A DNA stretch of 32,138 nucleotides from Chiloscyllium plagiosum (lineage: Eukaryota), in NCBI RefSeq assembly GCF_004010195.1, contig NC_057711.1, forward strand, positions 70,849,018 to 70,881,155, written 5' to 3'. The notes beneath the pieces are model-generated. The model saw nothing but the letters and a program-made list of their open reading frames with translations, was not told where the DNA came from and searched no databases. The translations under genes and the position numbers were made by a program. This document shows positions 1-14,084 of the stretch, piece by piece; within the stretch, counting starts at the first letter, position 1, and each line of letters begins with the position of its first letter.

Positions 1-590
1 TTTATATCAAGAGGGTTGGAATATAAAAGCAGCGATGTGCTACTGAGCCTTTGTTTTGGTCCCACACCTCAGGAAGGACATACTGGCACTGGAGCATGTC
101 CAGTGGAGATTCACACGGATGATCCCTGGAATGGTAGGTCTAACATACGAGGAACGGCTGAGGATCCTGGGATTGTATTCATTGGAGTTTAGAAGATTAA
201 GGGGAGATCTAACAGAAATTTACAAGATAATACATGGCTTGGAAAGGGTGAATGCTAGGAAATTGTTTCTGTTAGGTGAGGAGACTAGGACCCGTGGACA
301 CAGCCTTAGAATTAGAGGGGGTAAATTCAGAACAGAAATGCAGAGACATTTCTTCAGCCAGAGAGTGGTGGGCCTATGGAATTCATTGCCGCAGAGTGCA
401 GTGGAGACCGGGACGCTAAACGTCTTCAAGGCAGAGATTGATAAATTCTTGATGTCACAAAGAATTAAGGGCTACAGGGAGAATGCGGGTAAGTGGAGTT
501 GAAATGCCCATCAGCCATGATTGAATGGCGAAGTGGACTCGATGGGCCGAATGGCCTTACTTCCATTCCTATGTCTTATGTCTTATGTCT
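1..590 (+). mobile_element. CR1-clade LINE, 3' end (RT C-terminus + 3' UTR)
   Basis: ORF 56-502 has the CR1 ORF2 C-terminal signature (LEHVQWRFTRMIPG...YEERL...SLEFRRLRGDL...TRGH...FFSQRVVGLWNSLP); internal deletion near 50; ends in a (TCTTATG)n tail at ~570-590. Confidence 0.93.
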
Positions 591-993
591 GATCATCAGT
601 TCATTAACAAGTTCCATCCGTTTTCTCCTTCTGGTTTCAAATGTATTTGATTTCAGCTAATCCAGCAAATTTTACAGTAAAATCTAAAGGGTTGGGGTGT
701 GGGGGGTGTGTGGAGGGTGAACGGTGTGGATTTGTCTTTCAAACATGGCAGCTGACAGTGAGGATAAATTCATTGCCTTCAGGAGTAGCATTAGGTTTAA
801 CAAAACTGCCTGAAACTTTTAGCAAGTTGTTTTTGCTTGACTGTCATGAATTTGAAAGTGCAAGCAGTGCCCTCTGTGAGGTCACTGGACTGAGATAGTG
901 AGGGAAGAAGGTAGTTGGAAGCCTCATTTCCTGCAAAGATGGAAGGGTGCACTTGTGTACTGTTGACCATCGTTAGTCACAAACACTGAACAT

Positions 994-1254
994 GATTAGA
1001 TTCCCTACAGTGTGGAAACAGGCCTTTGAGCCCAACAAGTCAACACCCACCCTCCGAAGAGCAACCCAACCCCCTCTGACTAATGCACCTAACACTATGG
1101 GCAATTTAGCATGGCCAATTCAACTGGCCTGCACATCTTTGGACTGTAGGAGGAAACTGGAGCACCCACATTGACGTGGCCCAAGGCGGGAATTGAACCC
1201 AAGACCCTGGTGCTGTGAGCCATCAGTGCTAACCACTGATCCACCGTGCCGCCC
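994..1254 (-). mobile_element. HE1-type tRNA-derived SINE, internally deleted
   Basis: Minus strand starts GGGCGGCACGGTGGATCAGTGGTTAGCAC (A box), has a GGTTCAATTCC B box and ends in a CR1-like tail TGTTTCCACACTGTAGGGAATCTAATC; paralogous to 2642-2943. Confidence 0.88.
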
Positions 1255-1469
1255 GATGGTCAATGTGTCAATGACTGCTGCATGAGTGGTATCTTTGATT
1301 TGGAAATATGGTTATGTAATTATGTCTTTGGACTTGAAAAATATTAGCAGTGAGAATGCAGGGAAGTCCCAGCAGTGGCAAGAATTCCTATCCCTCCTGC
1401 CACGCTATTCCACAAGAAGGGCACCCAAGAGAGTTGGAGAGTGGAAGATTATATGAGAAAAATCACACT

Positions 1470-2520
1470 GAGCCATGGCAAACTGGGAGTCACAAATCTC
1501 AATTTACCTGAAAATGAGGACATTCCACAAATGATGCCATCATGAGCTGATGGAGGCTTGTGTCAGCCTTCTGGTTAGTACTTTTGAGAATTGCAATTGT
1601 CACTTGCAATTCAGAGATAACCTGATAGATTCTCAATGAAATGCTGCATATGCTGTTGGAATATATCCTGCATGAGGGACGATCCAAATGGTAAATTGAA
1701 GAAACAATATCTACCTGAAATTGCTCTAAAATTTGCCACTTCCCATGACTCCGGGGAAGGATGTAGGACTTAAATGTATTCTTGGAATCAAGCTTGGAAA
1801 AAAACTTGGCACCTGAGTATTTGGGCTTCAGTTCCTTCAGGACAGGAATCTTGAATGGCATCTCATTAGTGCAATATTCAATTACCTTGATCTAAACATA
1901 AATGTGCGATGCCACTTCTCTTTGTGTCACAAATAATGGAGATATACTAACTGATGTGATGCTGACTTTGTGAATGTTGTAATATAGAATCCAGTTCTAG
2001 TTTGAGCTTTCCTTGAATATGAAAGCTGCATTAAGGAGGGATGATGCTGGATTGAGTATCTTTCAGACATACCATACCAAAGTATTTAAATTTGCTTATA
2101 ACATAAAACGTGTCTGGGTAAAGGCTAATAAGATTATAGACAGACACAATATTGTTATCTAGAATCTTTGGTGTTGTGTTGCAACTAATGGGTTTGATAC
2201 CTTGTTGATCATAAGAATATGTAGATCCCTACATCCTATCAGATCAATAATAACTGGGCCAGTTGTTTCACATATGTAAAAGGTTACATGTATCTTGCCA
2301 TTCAAGATGAATAATGCCAATACATAGGATCTCAGATCTGTTGTGAGCAGTTAGCTTATTATGTTTGTAACGCACTATTTACATTTTCTATGTATGTCAT
2401 GTAGTTTACATGTAGGGATGATATTTATACTTGCATCCATGTCAATTTTGGTATGGAATGTATGTTGTCCATTTCTTTTGGTTACATCACTTTGGAGTTA
2501 AAAGCTTCAGCTGTTCTTAC
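1470..2520 (-). mobile_element. Decayed Ty3/Gypsy LTR-retrotransposon pol (protease + RT N-terminal part)
   Basis: Minus-strand translation gives KIDMDASINIIP (~2415-2450; decayed DTG protease motif), FYICETTGPVII (~2250-2285) and PFKIPVLKELKPKYSGAKFFSKLDSKNTF (ORF 1499-1861; Gypsy RT FSKLD motif); many stops and frameshifts. Confidence 0.75.
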
Positions 2521-2641
2521 TGTGTCCAAGTTGTCCACATAGACTATCTGACTGGACTCTGGAAGTTGCTTCTCGGACTTCATTGACAAAGCTGAGTTCT
2601 TGTTAAGACAGCTTCTTGAAGTTTATTAATACATTCAGGTT

Positions 2642-2943
2642 TTAGATTACTTACAGTGTGGAAACAGGCCCTTCAGCCCAACAAGTCCACACCGACCCTC
2701 CGAAGAGCGACCCACCCAGACCCATTGCCCTACACCTAACACTACAGACAATTTTAGCATAGCCAATTCACCTAACTGCACATCTTTGGATTGTGGGAGG
2801 AAACCGGAGCACACAGAGGAAACCCACGCAGATACGGGGAAAATGTGCAAACTCCACACAGACAGTTACCCGAGGTGGGAATTGAACCCGGATCTCTGGT
2901 GCTGTGAGGCAGCAGTGCTAACCACTGTGCCACCGTGCCGTCC
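2642..2943 (-). mobile_element. HE1-type tRNA-derived SINE, near full length
   Basis: Minus strand GGACGGCACGGTGGCACAGTGGTTAGCACTGCTGCCTCACAGC...GGTTCAATTCC, core TGTGTGGAGTTTGCACATT, CR1-like 3' tail. Confidence 0.92.
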
Positions 2944-5900
2944 TAAACCACTGTTGTACAATCTCAGGCTTAGACATGGTCCGCGTTCTGCACTTGCTGA
3001 CTATGTGAACACAATATACAGTAACTGCAAGCAACTACCAGTAAACTGCTACAAATGATGCAAGCATTTTTATATTAGAATGTCACATGGTATTATCAAG
3101 CAGCTACACTGCTTCTGGTCTGGAATCTATGCAATCATTCATCAGGGGAATAGTGGTGTATAGTTTGATTGGGAGATGTGTAAAGACCTTAGCTTGTTTG
3201 GTTAACTTTTGGAGTATGAAGGAAATGCAATAGTTCCAGTTCACAATTCATCTTTGTCAATGAAGTTTTAATTTCACTGTTGGTGGAGAAAACATTCCAT
3301 TCTACAGTGGTCTTTATAAAGCATCATTTCATGGATTGGATCAGGTTAGAGATAAGAAATTGAGATAAATTAATGTCTCTTAGGTGTTAATGTCTATTCA
3401 TATTCCGGTGATTAATTAATTATCTTGCATTGAATTAAATGACTTAAGAAGTTAAAATACTACTCTGAATCTGATCACTTAACAGTTCACTTTATAACAT
3501 CTGATACTAACATGTTTCTGAACATTAAATGTGATTTAGATACTTCACTCACACACTGGTTATAGATTTATATACTTCCAACCACCATAGAACAGAACTA
3601 CATCTATAAACAAGAGCTCTTCTGACTGGAACTGAGATTCAGTAGATTCTCACAAGGCTACAGTAAACAGTTGATGTGAATCTCCTGTGGATTTCAGCTA
3701 TTAGTCAAACAGCACATACATCAAGAAGGTAATTTAATACTGCTCAGCACATGAATAGACTTGGGGATAGCTTTTTCACAAATCCAGAGTGAATTGCTTT
3801 CAGCTTGAGTCGTCTTGACTTGAACTGAACACTATCTCACTGAATTTGAATTGCCCAGATCCAAAATAAATCAATTCAGATACATTTGAGTCAAAGGGGA
3901 ATTGTAACATATAAATTCTATCCTTATGTGATAATATATCACAAATTCAAAGATACTTGAGATGATATCACAAAAGAATGTGATTAAACTGTGGATTATA
4001 TCTTCACTGTACATCCCTGTGAATTAGTGCAGGCTGTTCACATTTGGACCATCAGGACACTGGTGTTGTTAAAATTTGCACTTTATAAAAATGGCAATGT
4101 TTCAAATTGTTGGGTTTCAAGTATTTTCATTTTCACATGCAGAAAATTGAATGTTTTAATGTTTCCATGCTTTTCTCATAATTTTTCACTTCTGATACTG
4201 CTTTGTTAAGTAATTAGGCAAGGACACTATCAAACCATTTATTGCATTTATAGTTTTGTTAGCATAATGCAGAGATCCCTGAGATGAAGTGCAGTTTGGT
4301 TCAAAGTAAAATGCTGTCCACTCCAATGAAAAAAATAACTTATTACATGCGGTAAACCTAACATAAATTGACCACTGCTGGGACCAGGGGTATGAAATCA
4401 GATCCATTTTTTACAATATGGGACTATAGGCTCCATTAAATTTATCACCTTTTCAAATTATGTTGTTGCCATATAATGCATTCTCATTGGTCATAGTTGT
4501 ATAAGAAGGATACAAAAGCCATAACATCAGTTAGAATGAACACATTTAAATAAACTAATATTTTGTCCAGCAGTTTCTTTCCTAATTTATTGTAATTAAG
4601 CAGCGAAGAATCTCATTTTGTTTTGGTCTTTCCCATTCAGTTTTCGGAAATTATTTTGTTATCTTCTTCCCATTATGATGACATAAAACGTCAATTTATT
4701 TATAAATTGTAACAACATCTAAACACAAAAACATTCAAATAATTTTGCTTTGTTTAAATTCCAATTTGAAAATGATAAAACTTAATTGCTTATTTGCGAG
4801 CAGTTTTTTTGTTCTACAAAATGATGAAAAGATCAAATATTTGAAATCTATAATCCACACAAACACAGGAAAATGAATGTTGTTATCATGCGGTGTTCAA
4901 ATTGCCAAAATTGCCTATGTTTAGGGATTGAGGATTTAGAGAAATTCATTGGTTGCTTTTATTTGTTAAAATGAAATGCATGCTGTGAAAATGCGGAGGG
5001 CCTTCTGAAGAGAGATTTCAGTAAGCTATATGTTTTAATGAACACTTCTTGGAGCACATGGTCTTGCTTCTCTGTGGGTGTATTCATTTTGGCTGTAATT
5101 GAGACTGATGACAACTGTAACATCTCAACTGTATGGCTGAAATGCAGCAGAGTATGAGACTGCCACAAGAACTGGTTCAGTATTACATTTATTGTCACTT
5201 AGCAGTAAAAGAAAAGTTAACAACAGCACCATTGAAAAATAGCAGACTGGATGAGTGAATGGTGCTAATATGGAAAGGGGTAAGAATTACTCTGATCTTT
5301 ATGTGTAGCAGGATTGCATACATATTAAAAAATGTTTTCCATTTCAATATACACAGAGCCCAAAGCAACTGTTCCCTTATACTGTGTGTAATGGTTGTGG
5401 CATCTAAAGAATCACAATGCCATTTGATTTGTCAGTTTTCTCCAGTGAATTCATAAGCACTAGCTACCTTCCAGTCAAATTTAGGACTGCTGACTGACTT
5501 CCAGTCGCCGATCCCTCCCCAGACCTGGCCCCAGGTCAGGATCAGAGCAGCCAACTGCATGCTTCTATTGACATCCTACTGAAATCAGCTAACATTACAC
5601 TGACTGGAAACAGTCAGAGAGCCTTCTGATCTCTGGTTCAGTTTCACAAAGCTTTTATCATTTGAGCCCCAAGGAAATCCAAAGTAACGTATTAATATAT
5701 TTTGTTTAACTGTTGAGGTGCACCGTATCATTGTATTCTACAATTCGGCACACACTTCCTTTTATTCAAAAGAAGAAACTCACTTCACCTTTAAAGAAAA
5801 ACTGAATATACGGAAGATAATCTCAAATGACGATGGCCATGCAGTGTTCCCACATGATTGGGATTTTGCTACAAAATACCAACAGAATTAGCAGCACTCA

Positions 5901-8224
5901 CTATCATTGTTCCACTGAAAATAGGAACAATTTTAGAAGTTCAGATATGTGAGTAATTATGTGGTAGCTCAGAACAACTGTCAGCATGAGTACATGGTCT
6001 GTCACTGGTCACGCTGGAGGGTTTCATGCTTTACCAAGAGTGTCCACTTCTATGTGGAGTCCTCTTCCTATAAAGAAAGCTTTGGGTCAAGTTCTGAAGG
6101 ATGAGGGAAGAGGGGGTGCTGATTGTGGTGAATTGTCAGCATCAACATTCTGTCTAATCTTTTTTAAAGTGGGATAAATATTTATTTTTCTGTGTTGCTC
6201 TTCGAATTTTCTTTTGCATGTCCAGTTATAGCCAAGTAACTTACCTTGTGCATGGCCTTTGTGGGGATTTCTGGGCTACTTTGTGGCTGTGCAGCTTATA
6301 AGAGACATCAGTCAGCATTCACCACTCTAAATCGGACTGGAACTTCAGATGCTCTGCACTTCAGATTTGCTACTTGAGGTTCAGACACAGATTGAACTGT
6401 AAGTAACTCATCCCCAGAACTAGCAATCACTGATATCAGCAATTTTTCCATTTTCATCCTCCACTAGAGACACCATTAAAAATACACTTTGTTCAATGAG
6501 CTGCATAAGGATTTTTAATGGTGATGTAATTAATTAAGTTTGATGAACAACAGAACTGATCCTGAAAAATAATATAATCATACAGCGCTATTAAATTATG
6601 AGTTGGTAGATCTTTTCAGTTAAATTTTTAACAATTCTTTTTTGAGATAAGCTTTCTTTATGTTTTAGTTTCTACCTTCACTTCTTCAATTGTCAGTCCC
6701 AATCTTTAATCTGTTGTATGTGAAAATGCTTTAATAGTGCTCCTTTTTTGTTTTTGTTTGTGTGTCTCTGAAAATCTCTTTACTGTGATTGGCTGCAGAC
6801 AGCCTGAGGATATCACTGCAGCTCCCTGTTATAAAAGGCCAATAATAATCACTGAAATTGCTTGCTGTATCATTGCACAGATAGAGAGGGAATTCTTTAC
6901 AAATGTTTGCTCGATTTATCAGCTAAAATGACTTTGTAGTGAGTGGCGAGGCTTCTTACATTGCCACTAAATTCAGAATTACTGCTAAAACACCTTCCTT
7001 AAGCCCTTAAAAGCTGACTTTATATTAGTAGAATGTCAAAGTTTTGCTCAATAATTAAAAAATACATTTTGTAAAAACATATACTTATGAAAACGTCTAT
7101 ATTTATACTTTAAGTTCTATCTTAATTTGTTCATACATTTGTTCTGTTATCTGAAAATTTAAATTAGAAGTGTAGGTATTTTATGTTTTTTTAAACCTTC
7201 TGGTTTGCTGCATGTAAATATTTTAATTTTGTTACTGACCTGTTCGCTAACATCACAATTGTTGCCTTCACCTTGGTGCCAGATTTCAAATTCTGTAGAA
7301 AAGTGGAAAGAAATCCTGCCACAGTGACTACTAGATCATTGTGGGCAGTTTTGTTCAAGGTCAGCAGTGAGTACCTTTGTTGCTACCTGCAAAATATGTG
7401 CAGTTAAACTGTGTTCAGAAAGCAAAATATTTAATGGCATTATTAATAAAAGAGGGGACACTTGCTTTGTATTCTGTTGATCATTTCTTTCTGAAATGTC
7501 CTAAAAGAACTTTCTAATCATTCATCTTATTGCCACTGCTGGGAGTCTCAAGCATGGAAATTATTTTGTAGGCGAACATTGCAGCCAATGACTTCCCCTC
7601 AGGAGTACTTCATTGGCAGTGATAGACATTTCATCAATGCAGGTTATTTCTTCCTTTTCAAGCAATACCTTGTGAAACCTCTGTCTACCAATGCATAAAC
7701 AGAATATCAAATGACCCTACATTTTTGAACCCTTTAAAATCCTGAATGTAAGATTCACATAATATATAGGGCAGATGTTTCCCATTTTCACTTAGCATTT
7801 TGTTGAGTGAGGTTAATGTCACTCAGTCTGTCGTAGTTTTCTTGTGCTCTGCTATTTACCTCAATCATTATGCGACCAGGAATTAGGGTGTCCTTTTCGT
7901 TGAATCGTATAGTGGGAGAAGTAGAAGTGCCAGCCACTGCCAAGACTTTGTGGCAATCACTTCACTGGTACCATGTTTAACACCCAGCGATTTACCACCT
8001 CAGATGGTGCAAGCCAGAAACTACCACCCACACTATGGTGTTCCATTGGTATTACAGAAAATCAGTTTAGCTCTGTCCTTTGCTGGTGAATGGGATATCA
8101 TACAAGAGGGTAGTTCTCCTTCCAGCAAACTGTCACAGGAGGCCCCACCACTAGATATAGCCAGCCTGCTCTTAAATAGTCACTCAATTTAGTGTAGTGT
8201 CCCAGATTAAATATCAAAGTGCGT

Positions 8225-9030
8225 AACTTAATATTTAACCACATTATTCTGCATCTGCCATGTGTTTTGCCCATTCCCTCAACTTTTCTGAAGCATTTTA
8301 AGGCTTCCTTGCATTCTTCTCACAACTCACAATCCCACCTTGTTTTCTTGGAAATGTAGCATTTGGTTATCTTATCCTGGTCATTTATATATATATTGTG
8401 TGTAGCTGGGACCTGAGCACTAGTCCTTGCGATACCCCACTGGTCATGCCTGCCACTTGGGAAAAGATTCATTTATTCCCACTCTCTGTTTCCTCTCAAT
8501 CCATGTCAATATATTATGCCTTAACCTATGTGCTTTAACTTTGCCCACCAACATCTTATGAGGGACCTTACAAAAAGCCTCCTGAAAATCCGATTTCACC
8601 ACACCCACTTGTTCTCCATTACTCTTCTATCAGTTGCATCTCCAAAAAAATCCAGGTTACTTACACATGATTTTGCCTTTCATAATCTCTTACTGGCTTT
8701 GTCCAATCCCGTTCATACTTTCTAAATGTCCTGTTATCTCATCTTTTACTCTCATCATTTTCCCGCTAATGGTTTAGGGCTAAATGGTCTGTAATTCTCT
8801 CCTTCCCTTTTTAAATAATAGTGTTACATTTGCCACCCTCCAATCTGTAAAGACTGCTCCAGAATTTTGGAAGATGACCACAATACATCCAATATTTCCA
8901 GGGCCACTGCCTTTAGTGCTCTGAGATGTATATTATCAGACCTTGGTGATTTGTCAGCCTTTAGCCCCATTAATTACCCCAGCGCTATCTCCTTACTGAT
9001 TCTGATTTTCTTCAATTATGTCCTCACACC
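8225..9030 (-). mobile_element. Old CR1 LINE RT fragment
   Basis: Reverse strand resembles CR1 RT (DFQ.AF..VPHK-like at ~8550-8595, SG.PQG.VL-like at ~8410-8445); heavily mutated. Confidence 0.7.
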
Positions 9031-9512
9031 ATGTCATGACCATTTACATCATTTTGCGCTCCTAATTCATCTAGATTACTATGAATGTTCTACATGTTTA
9101 AGACACAAAGCCATTAGGTTTCTGTTTTTAATCTTGTCAGTCATCTCTTTTAAAATTTTATTTTGTACTTTAGCTCCTTTGTTTCTCACGTAGGTTTTGT
9201 TTTCTCTGCATTAAACATTTCTTTATTGTTTTATTTTTGTTTCTGTCCCTCTTTCTCTCTCCTCTGTCTCCAGCTCAGAGTCTCATTCCCCTGACATCCA
9301 ACTATCTCTGATAGCACGAGCAAGCACTTCCATAAGGATGTTGATCTAGAATTCCTATCCCTGTTTCCTATTGTTGTTGTGATTACCTCAGTGACCCAGT
9401 GGAATAACCCCATCCCCAGACCTGGGATTGCCCGTTTCACTAGGATTTCATGGACTGCTCTCCTGGTACTCCTCCGACCATCATTGCCCAAAGCACCAGG
9501 AATGACTGTCGT

Positions 9513-9712
9513 TGAAATAACTCCATAAAGACCAGTACCAGGTCTCCCTTTATTTACATGTGCATCGTACATGACACTGACCCAGCTAGCTCAGAGCCGG
9601 TCACTAGAGTGAATAGAAACCCTGACACTCCTATTTATATCTGTCAGCCAGGAGTCCCTAATTTGACCAGATTAACAGGCCCAATTCAGAAATTCTTATT
9701 CCATAAGGTCCA
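9513..9712 (-). mobile_element. Short solo-LTR-like element (empty copy of the Tx1 target family)
   Basis: Minus strand: ...GGGCCTGTTAATCTGGTCAAATTAGGGACTCCTGGCTGACAGA-TATAAAT-AGGAGTGTCAG...GTAAATAAAGGG...TATGGAGTTATTTCA, i.e. TATA box, AATAAA and terminal CA; homologous to 17497-17581 + 20274-20366. Confidence 0.7.
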
Positions 9713-10486
9713 TATCATCTTACCTGAATTGATATAGCTGGACAGCGACAGCTTATAACCGCTCACCCACAGCCTCTGACTGATGTCTCTGCAGCAGGCC
9801 GACTGATTTACCTGTTATGGCTGGTCTAGTTTCATTGGCCTGCAGAATTTAAAATGGCTCAATCCCAAGACCCTAGGAGGCCAAGCCTCTGACTGACTAT
9901 GGCCAACCCCTGGACAGAAATTGGACAAACCTCTTGATTGAACATGATGGTATATCCCCTTACTGATTGTAGACCCCTTTCATTCTCACAAGAATTCCTT
10001 TAATGTTCACACATGTCCATTTGCATGAGCACATGCAGTGTTTTGCTTTCAAAGCAATTGGTATGACGTTAAGTCTATATGATGTATGATACAGTGACAT
10101 GTTCCTGCCCTTGACTACTCAGTTTTCCCCACCATAAGAAGTTGCCTGCTCCTCTCTCTCTGCTAAAGAAACAATGCAGGCCACAGAGTATGATAAGAAA
10201 ACAATGAGAAGGAGATAGAGGTTGGCATCTTCCAAATATGCTTAAAATTAGTAAACTGAGCTAAGAGCCATAAGATAACCCCTGTGCAAATGCACATGAT
10301 GCATGCTTGTCTCCGTGCACAGTGACCTGGCAATGACTAAGTGCTTAAGCTCCAAATAAAATGCTGAACTGGTGCATGAGTTGGATGGAGAGCAGATATC
10401 TTGGCATGGTGTGGCTGAAGAAATGCCAATGCTGAATTGCATGGATAAAGGCTGAGAGGCAGGATGGCTATGGAGTGTGAGAAATA

Positions 10487-12010
10487 TACAGCATAGAAAC
10501 AGTTCCTTCGGCCCATCATTCTACGCCAACAAACACCAAACTATACTCATCTCTATTTACCTGCAGTCGGTCCACAACCTACTATGCCCTGGCACATGAA
10601 CTACTTATCTAGATACTTCTTGAAGGTTGCAAGAGTACGTGTTTCCACCACCCTCTCAGACAGCACCTTCCATATTTCTGCCACCCTCTGGGTAAAAAAA
10701 AACTTTCCTCAGATCTCCTCTAAACTACTAACTCCACAATTTAAACTTATACTGTCTAGTCTTAGATACATCTCCATGGGGAGAAAAAGATTCCAGTGAT
10801 CTGACCTTTCAATGCCTCTCATAATTTTGTATACTTCAATCAGACCTGCCCTCAGTCTCCTGTGCTCCAAGAAAAATAAACCCAGCCCATCCATTCTCTC
10901 CTCAAAATTGAGACTTTCTATCCCATGCACAATCCCAGTGAATCTCCTCTGCACCCTTTCATGTGTGACCGGCACTGCACAGGGTATTTCATCTGTGTCC
11001 TAACCAATGTCTTAAAAAGTTGTAATTCCTGCTGCTATATTCTATACCCCAGCTAATGAAGGCAAGCATCCTGTAAGCCTTCTTCACCATCGTGTCTAAC
11101 AAAGCTGACACATTCAGGGATCTATGGATGTGTACACCAAAGTTCTCTTGTTCCTAGGCATCTACCATTTGTAGTGTATATCCTTTCCTTATTAGACCTC
11201 CCAAAATGCATCAGCTCACAATTATCAGGATTAAATTCCATCTGCTGTTGCTTTTTCTGGTTTATCAGCTCATCAATATCAGACTGTTGCCTGAAACCAT
11301 CCTCCTCATTATCAACAACATCACTAATTTTCATGTCATTTGCAAACTTACTAATTATACCTTCTAGAGTCACATCCAAGTTGTTAATGTACAGAGCAAA
11401 CAGCAAGGCTCCCAGCACTGAACTGTGTGATGCACCACTGGTCATAGGCTTCCACTCACGAAAGCAAACTACCACCATCACCCTTGGCCTCCTTTTTCCA
11501 ACCTAATTTTGGATCCAATTTGCCAACTTTGCCTTGCATCCCATTTTATCTTTTGGACTAGGCTTCCATGTTGGACCTTATCAGAGGCATTACTGAGTCC
11601 AGATAAACCAAGTCCACTGCACGACCATCATCAATATATTTTAGTTACATTTTCAAAGAACTCAAATGAGTCAGACAGGATCTCCCTCTAACAAACCCAT
11701 GCCGTCCATCTCTGACCAGTCCCTGCCTTTCTAAATGATGAGTAATCGTGTCAGAATTTTTTCCAATAATTTCTCCACCACTGACTTCTGGCTAACTGGT
11801 CTGTAATTATCTGGCTTATTCCTGCTGCCCTTTTTCTTGAATAAAGGAACCATATTAGCTACCCTCTAGTAATGTGGCACTTCACCTGTGGGCAGCGATG
11901 TATTAAACATCTCCACTGGGGCCGCAGCAATTTTGTCTCTTGCCTCCCATAGCAGCTTGGGATACATCTTATCACGTCATGGGGATTTATGCATCTGTAT
12001 GCCTGCTAAA
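10487..12010 (-). mobile_element. CR1 LINE, 5'-truncated (RT + 3' UTR), decayed
   Basis: ORF 11122-11481 (SVLGALLFALYINNL...ISKFANDMKI) and ORF 10709-10975 (ERVQRRFT...LEHRRLRAGLIEVYKIMRG) are CR1 RT motifs; 3' UTR near 10487-10600. Confidence 0.9.
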
Positions 12011-12469
12011 ATACCTAAAACATTGTGCATTATAAATCCAAGTCCATTAGATTCACTGGAAGATTGAACCTATTCAACATACAGGATCCCGGTGTTACTT
12101 ATCAGAAAATTAGTATCAGATCTGTACACATCCTAAGAAGATGTTAGTAACTTATAATTAGATTGGAGTGCTATCACAAATGATGAAAAACAATTACTTC
12201 AGCTGGTGATAAATGGATATAAAGCAAGGTTTATTTTTACATATGCAACCTTAAGCAGTTCTAGGCACTAGATGTACACAGCGCCTTGTTAAATTATGCA
12301 CTATTTCGATATGCAGACTTCTCATTAATTTCCTTTCAAGGTCAAATCCACATTTTTCTAATCTTTACTCACGGGTGATCTCATGAACCTTCTATACACC
12401 ACTTCTAGGGCTTGCATATTTCTCATCTAAAGTTGATGACAGAGATAAGAGCAGCAAAAGTACTTGCAT

Positions 12470-12880
12470 TCTTGGCCTCTCTGCACCACTGATGCTACCT
12501 TGGAGGTGGTTGTGGTGGTTAAGCGATGGTCACACTCCTCCTTCGGTAATGTGCCTTTGCACAGAAACTCTGGAGATTTTGTTGAGATTCATACCAAGCA
12601 GCTCCATGTGGTCTATGGGCTGTTTCCCAGGATGCACTGTGAAATAAAAATTGATTTTGCCTAGAGGATTATCAACTTGGTGAAAGATGCTCTTTAGTCT
12701 GCCTGAAATTTGTTGGTCTTCTAATACAATGAGTTAACCTCAATTGATTGGCAAAGTCCAAAGTCCAGGACTGTGTGCTGTGGGTTACACTAAAGCCAAG
12801 GTACAGTGGGGAAAGACTACCTTCTAAGATCTTCCTGCCACAGTAAAACAAGGGTTACATTTCCAGATACTCCTGTGACC
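12470..12880 (+). mobile_element. Old Tx1/L1-group LINE C-terminal fragment (distinct from the 18-20 kb family)
   Basis: Decayed CCHC knuckle region (GGCGG...VTLLL..CAFAQKLW), VYGLFP, IINLVKDAL.SA.NLLVF and QWGKTT, typical of the fish Tx1 ORF2 end. Confidence 0.65.
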
Positions 12881-14084
12881 TTAATGGGAATGTGAATAGT
12901 TCCCTTTCATGTTTAAAAATGCCTCTTTTGTTACAACTGGATTGAAGCTATAATGAGGAATGTCAAACTTCCACTGCATTTTCTGTGAGAGTTATGTGGG
13001 CATGTTTGTTTTACTTCCATTTCCTTTTAATTATTCATATTTTTGAAAATAAAAATAAGGAAGTACTTCACCATCATGGTGTTAAATATTTTCATCTTAG
13101 CTTTCTACCCCTCTCTTTGCTGGAACTGTTAATATTAATGTGGGAGAAATGGCAGATACTGCTTACAAAGGTTACTATGAAAAAGTAAAAAGCCTTGAGG
13201 AAGATGATCAGCCATAATCTCAACTGACAAGATAGGCTTATTCCTGTTCCTATGTTTCTTTGGGTAGAATTGTACAAAAGTTTGTGTGATGTGGGCTATG
13301 GTGGGATTTGTAGCACAGTTGGATGAGGAGTCCAGTGAGATCCATCTCTATGCTGAGAGCATTTTGAAGAATCTTTTGTCAAGCAACATGGCAAGTTTCT
13401 CACTGGACAGTAATGAGTTGCCAATTAAAGGGAACGTTGTTTTTTGAATGCCTTGTTAATGCCACAAGTCATCTTATTGATATTCAATTTCATTTCTCTC
13501 CAAATGCTCGCTAGATGTCAGGAAATCTCCATGTGGAAGATAGAGTACGTACCTTCAGGCTTCAACTCACTGCTTGCTCCATGCTTACTACCAAATTGCA
13601 TCTCAAGGCATGATCTATGGGCACCAGCATTACCCTTATCTATGGAAATTAGAATTTGGCATTGCCACTACCATCATTGCACCTCTCTGATCAACTGGCA
13701 GGGTGCTCTTGAAGGACAGAACTGCACTGCAGACTATATCAGCAGCTAGCAATGAAAGTCTGCAGCAGGGACATGCTGTGCACATGGGCAGGGACCCAGA
13801 TCACAGATTGGACCAGGCAGCACCTCAGGCAGCAAAACCTCACCTGCTTTCTTTGAGTATGTTAACTAATGCTTATCTGCATGCTCACACAATCCATGCC
13901 ATGCCTTGTCTCATATTTCCAAGTCCACTGCTGTTACAATGGACTCTATATTTTCAATAATACCAGTGTCAGGCTAACTGGTCTATTATTCCTTGTTTTC
14001 TCTCCACCTCCTTTAAATTATAGGGTAACATTCGATACACACCAAACCAAAAGAACTATTTTAGAATCTGTAGAATCTTTGATT

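Noticed and set aside
994..2943. tRNA genes at the HE1 SINE heads
   Set aside because: The A/B boxes belong to SINEs; no complete cloverleaf.
5225..5266. Inverted repeat AGCACCATT...AATGGTGCT resembling miR-29
   Set aside because: Only a 9-bp stem and the match stops after the seed region; not a pre-miRNA.
5784..5914. Possible minus-strand exon (TTTTCAG acceptor, GTGAGT donor)
   Set aside because: Stops in all three frames and no partner exons; unsupported without RNA data.
6737..6931. 64-aa ORF after a pyrimidine tract as a host exon
   Set aside because: No recognisable protein similarity and no convincing splice donor.
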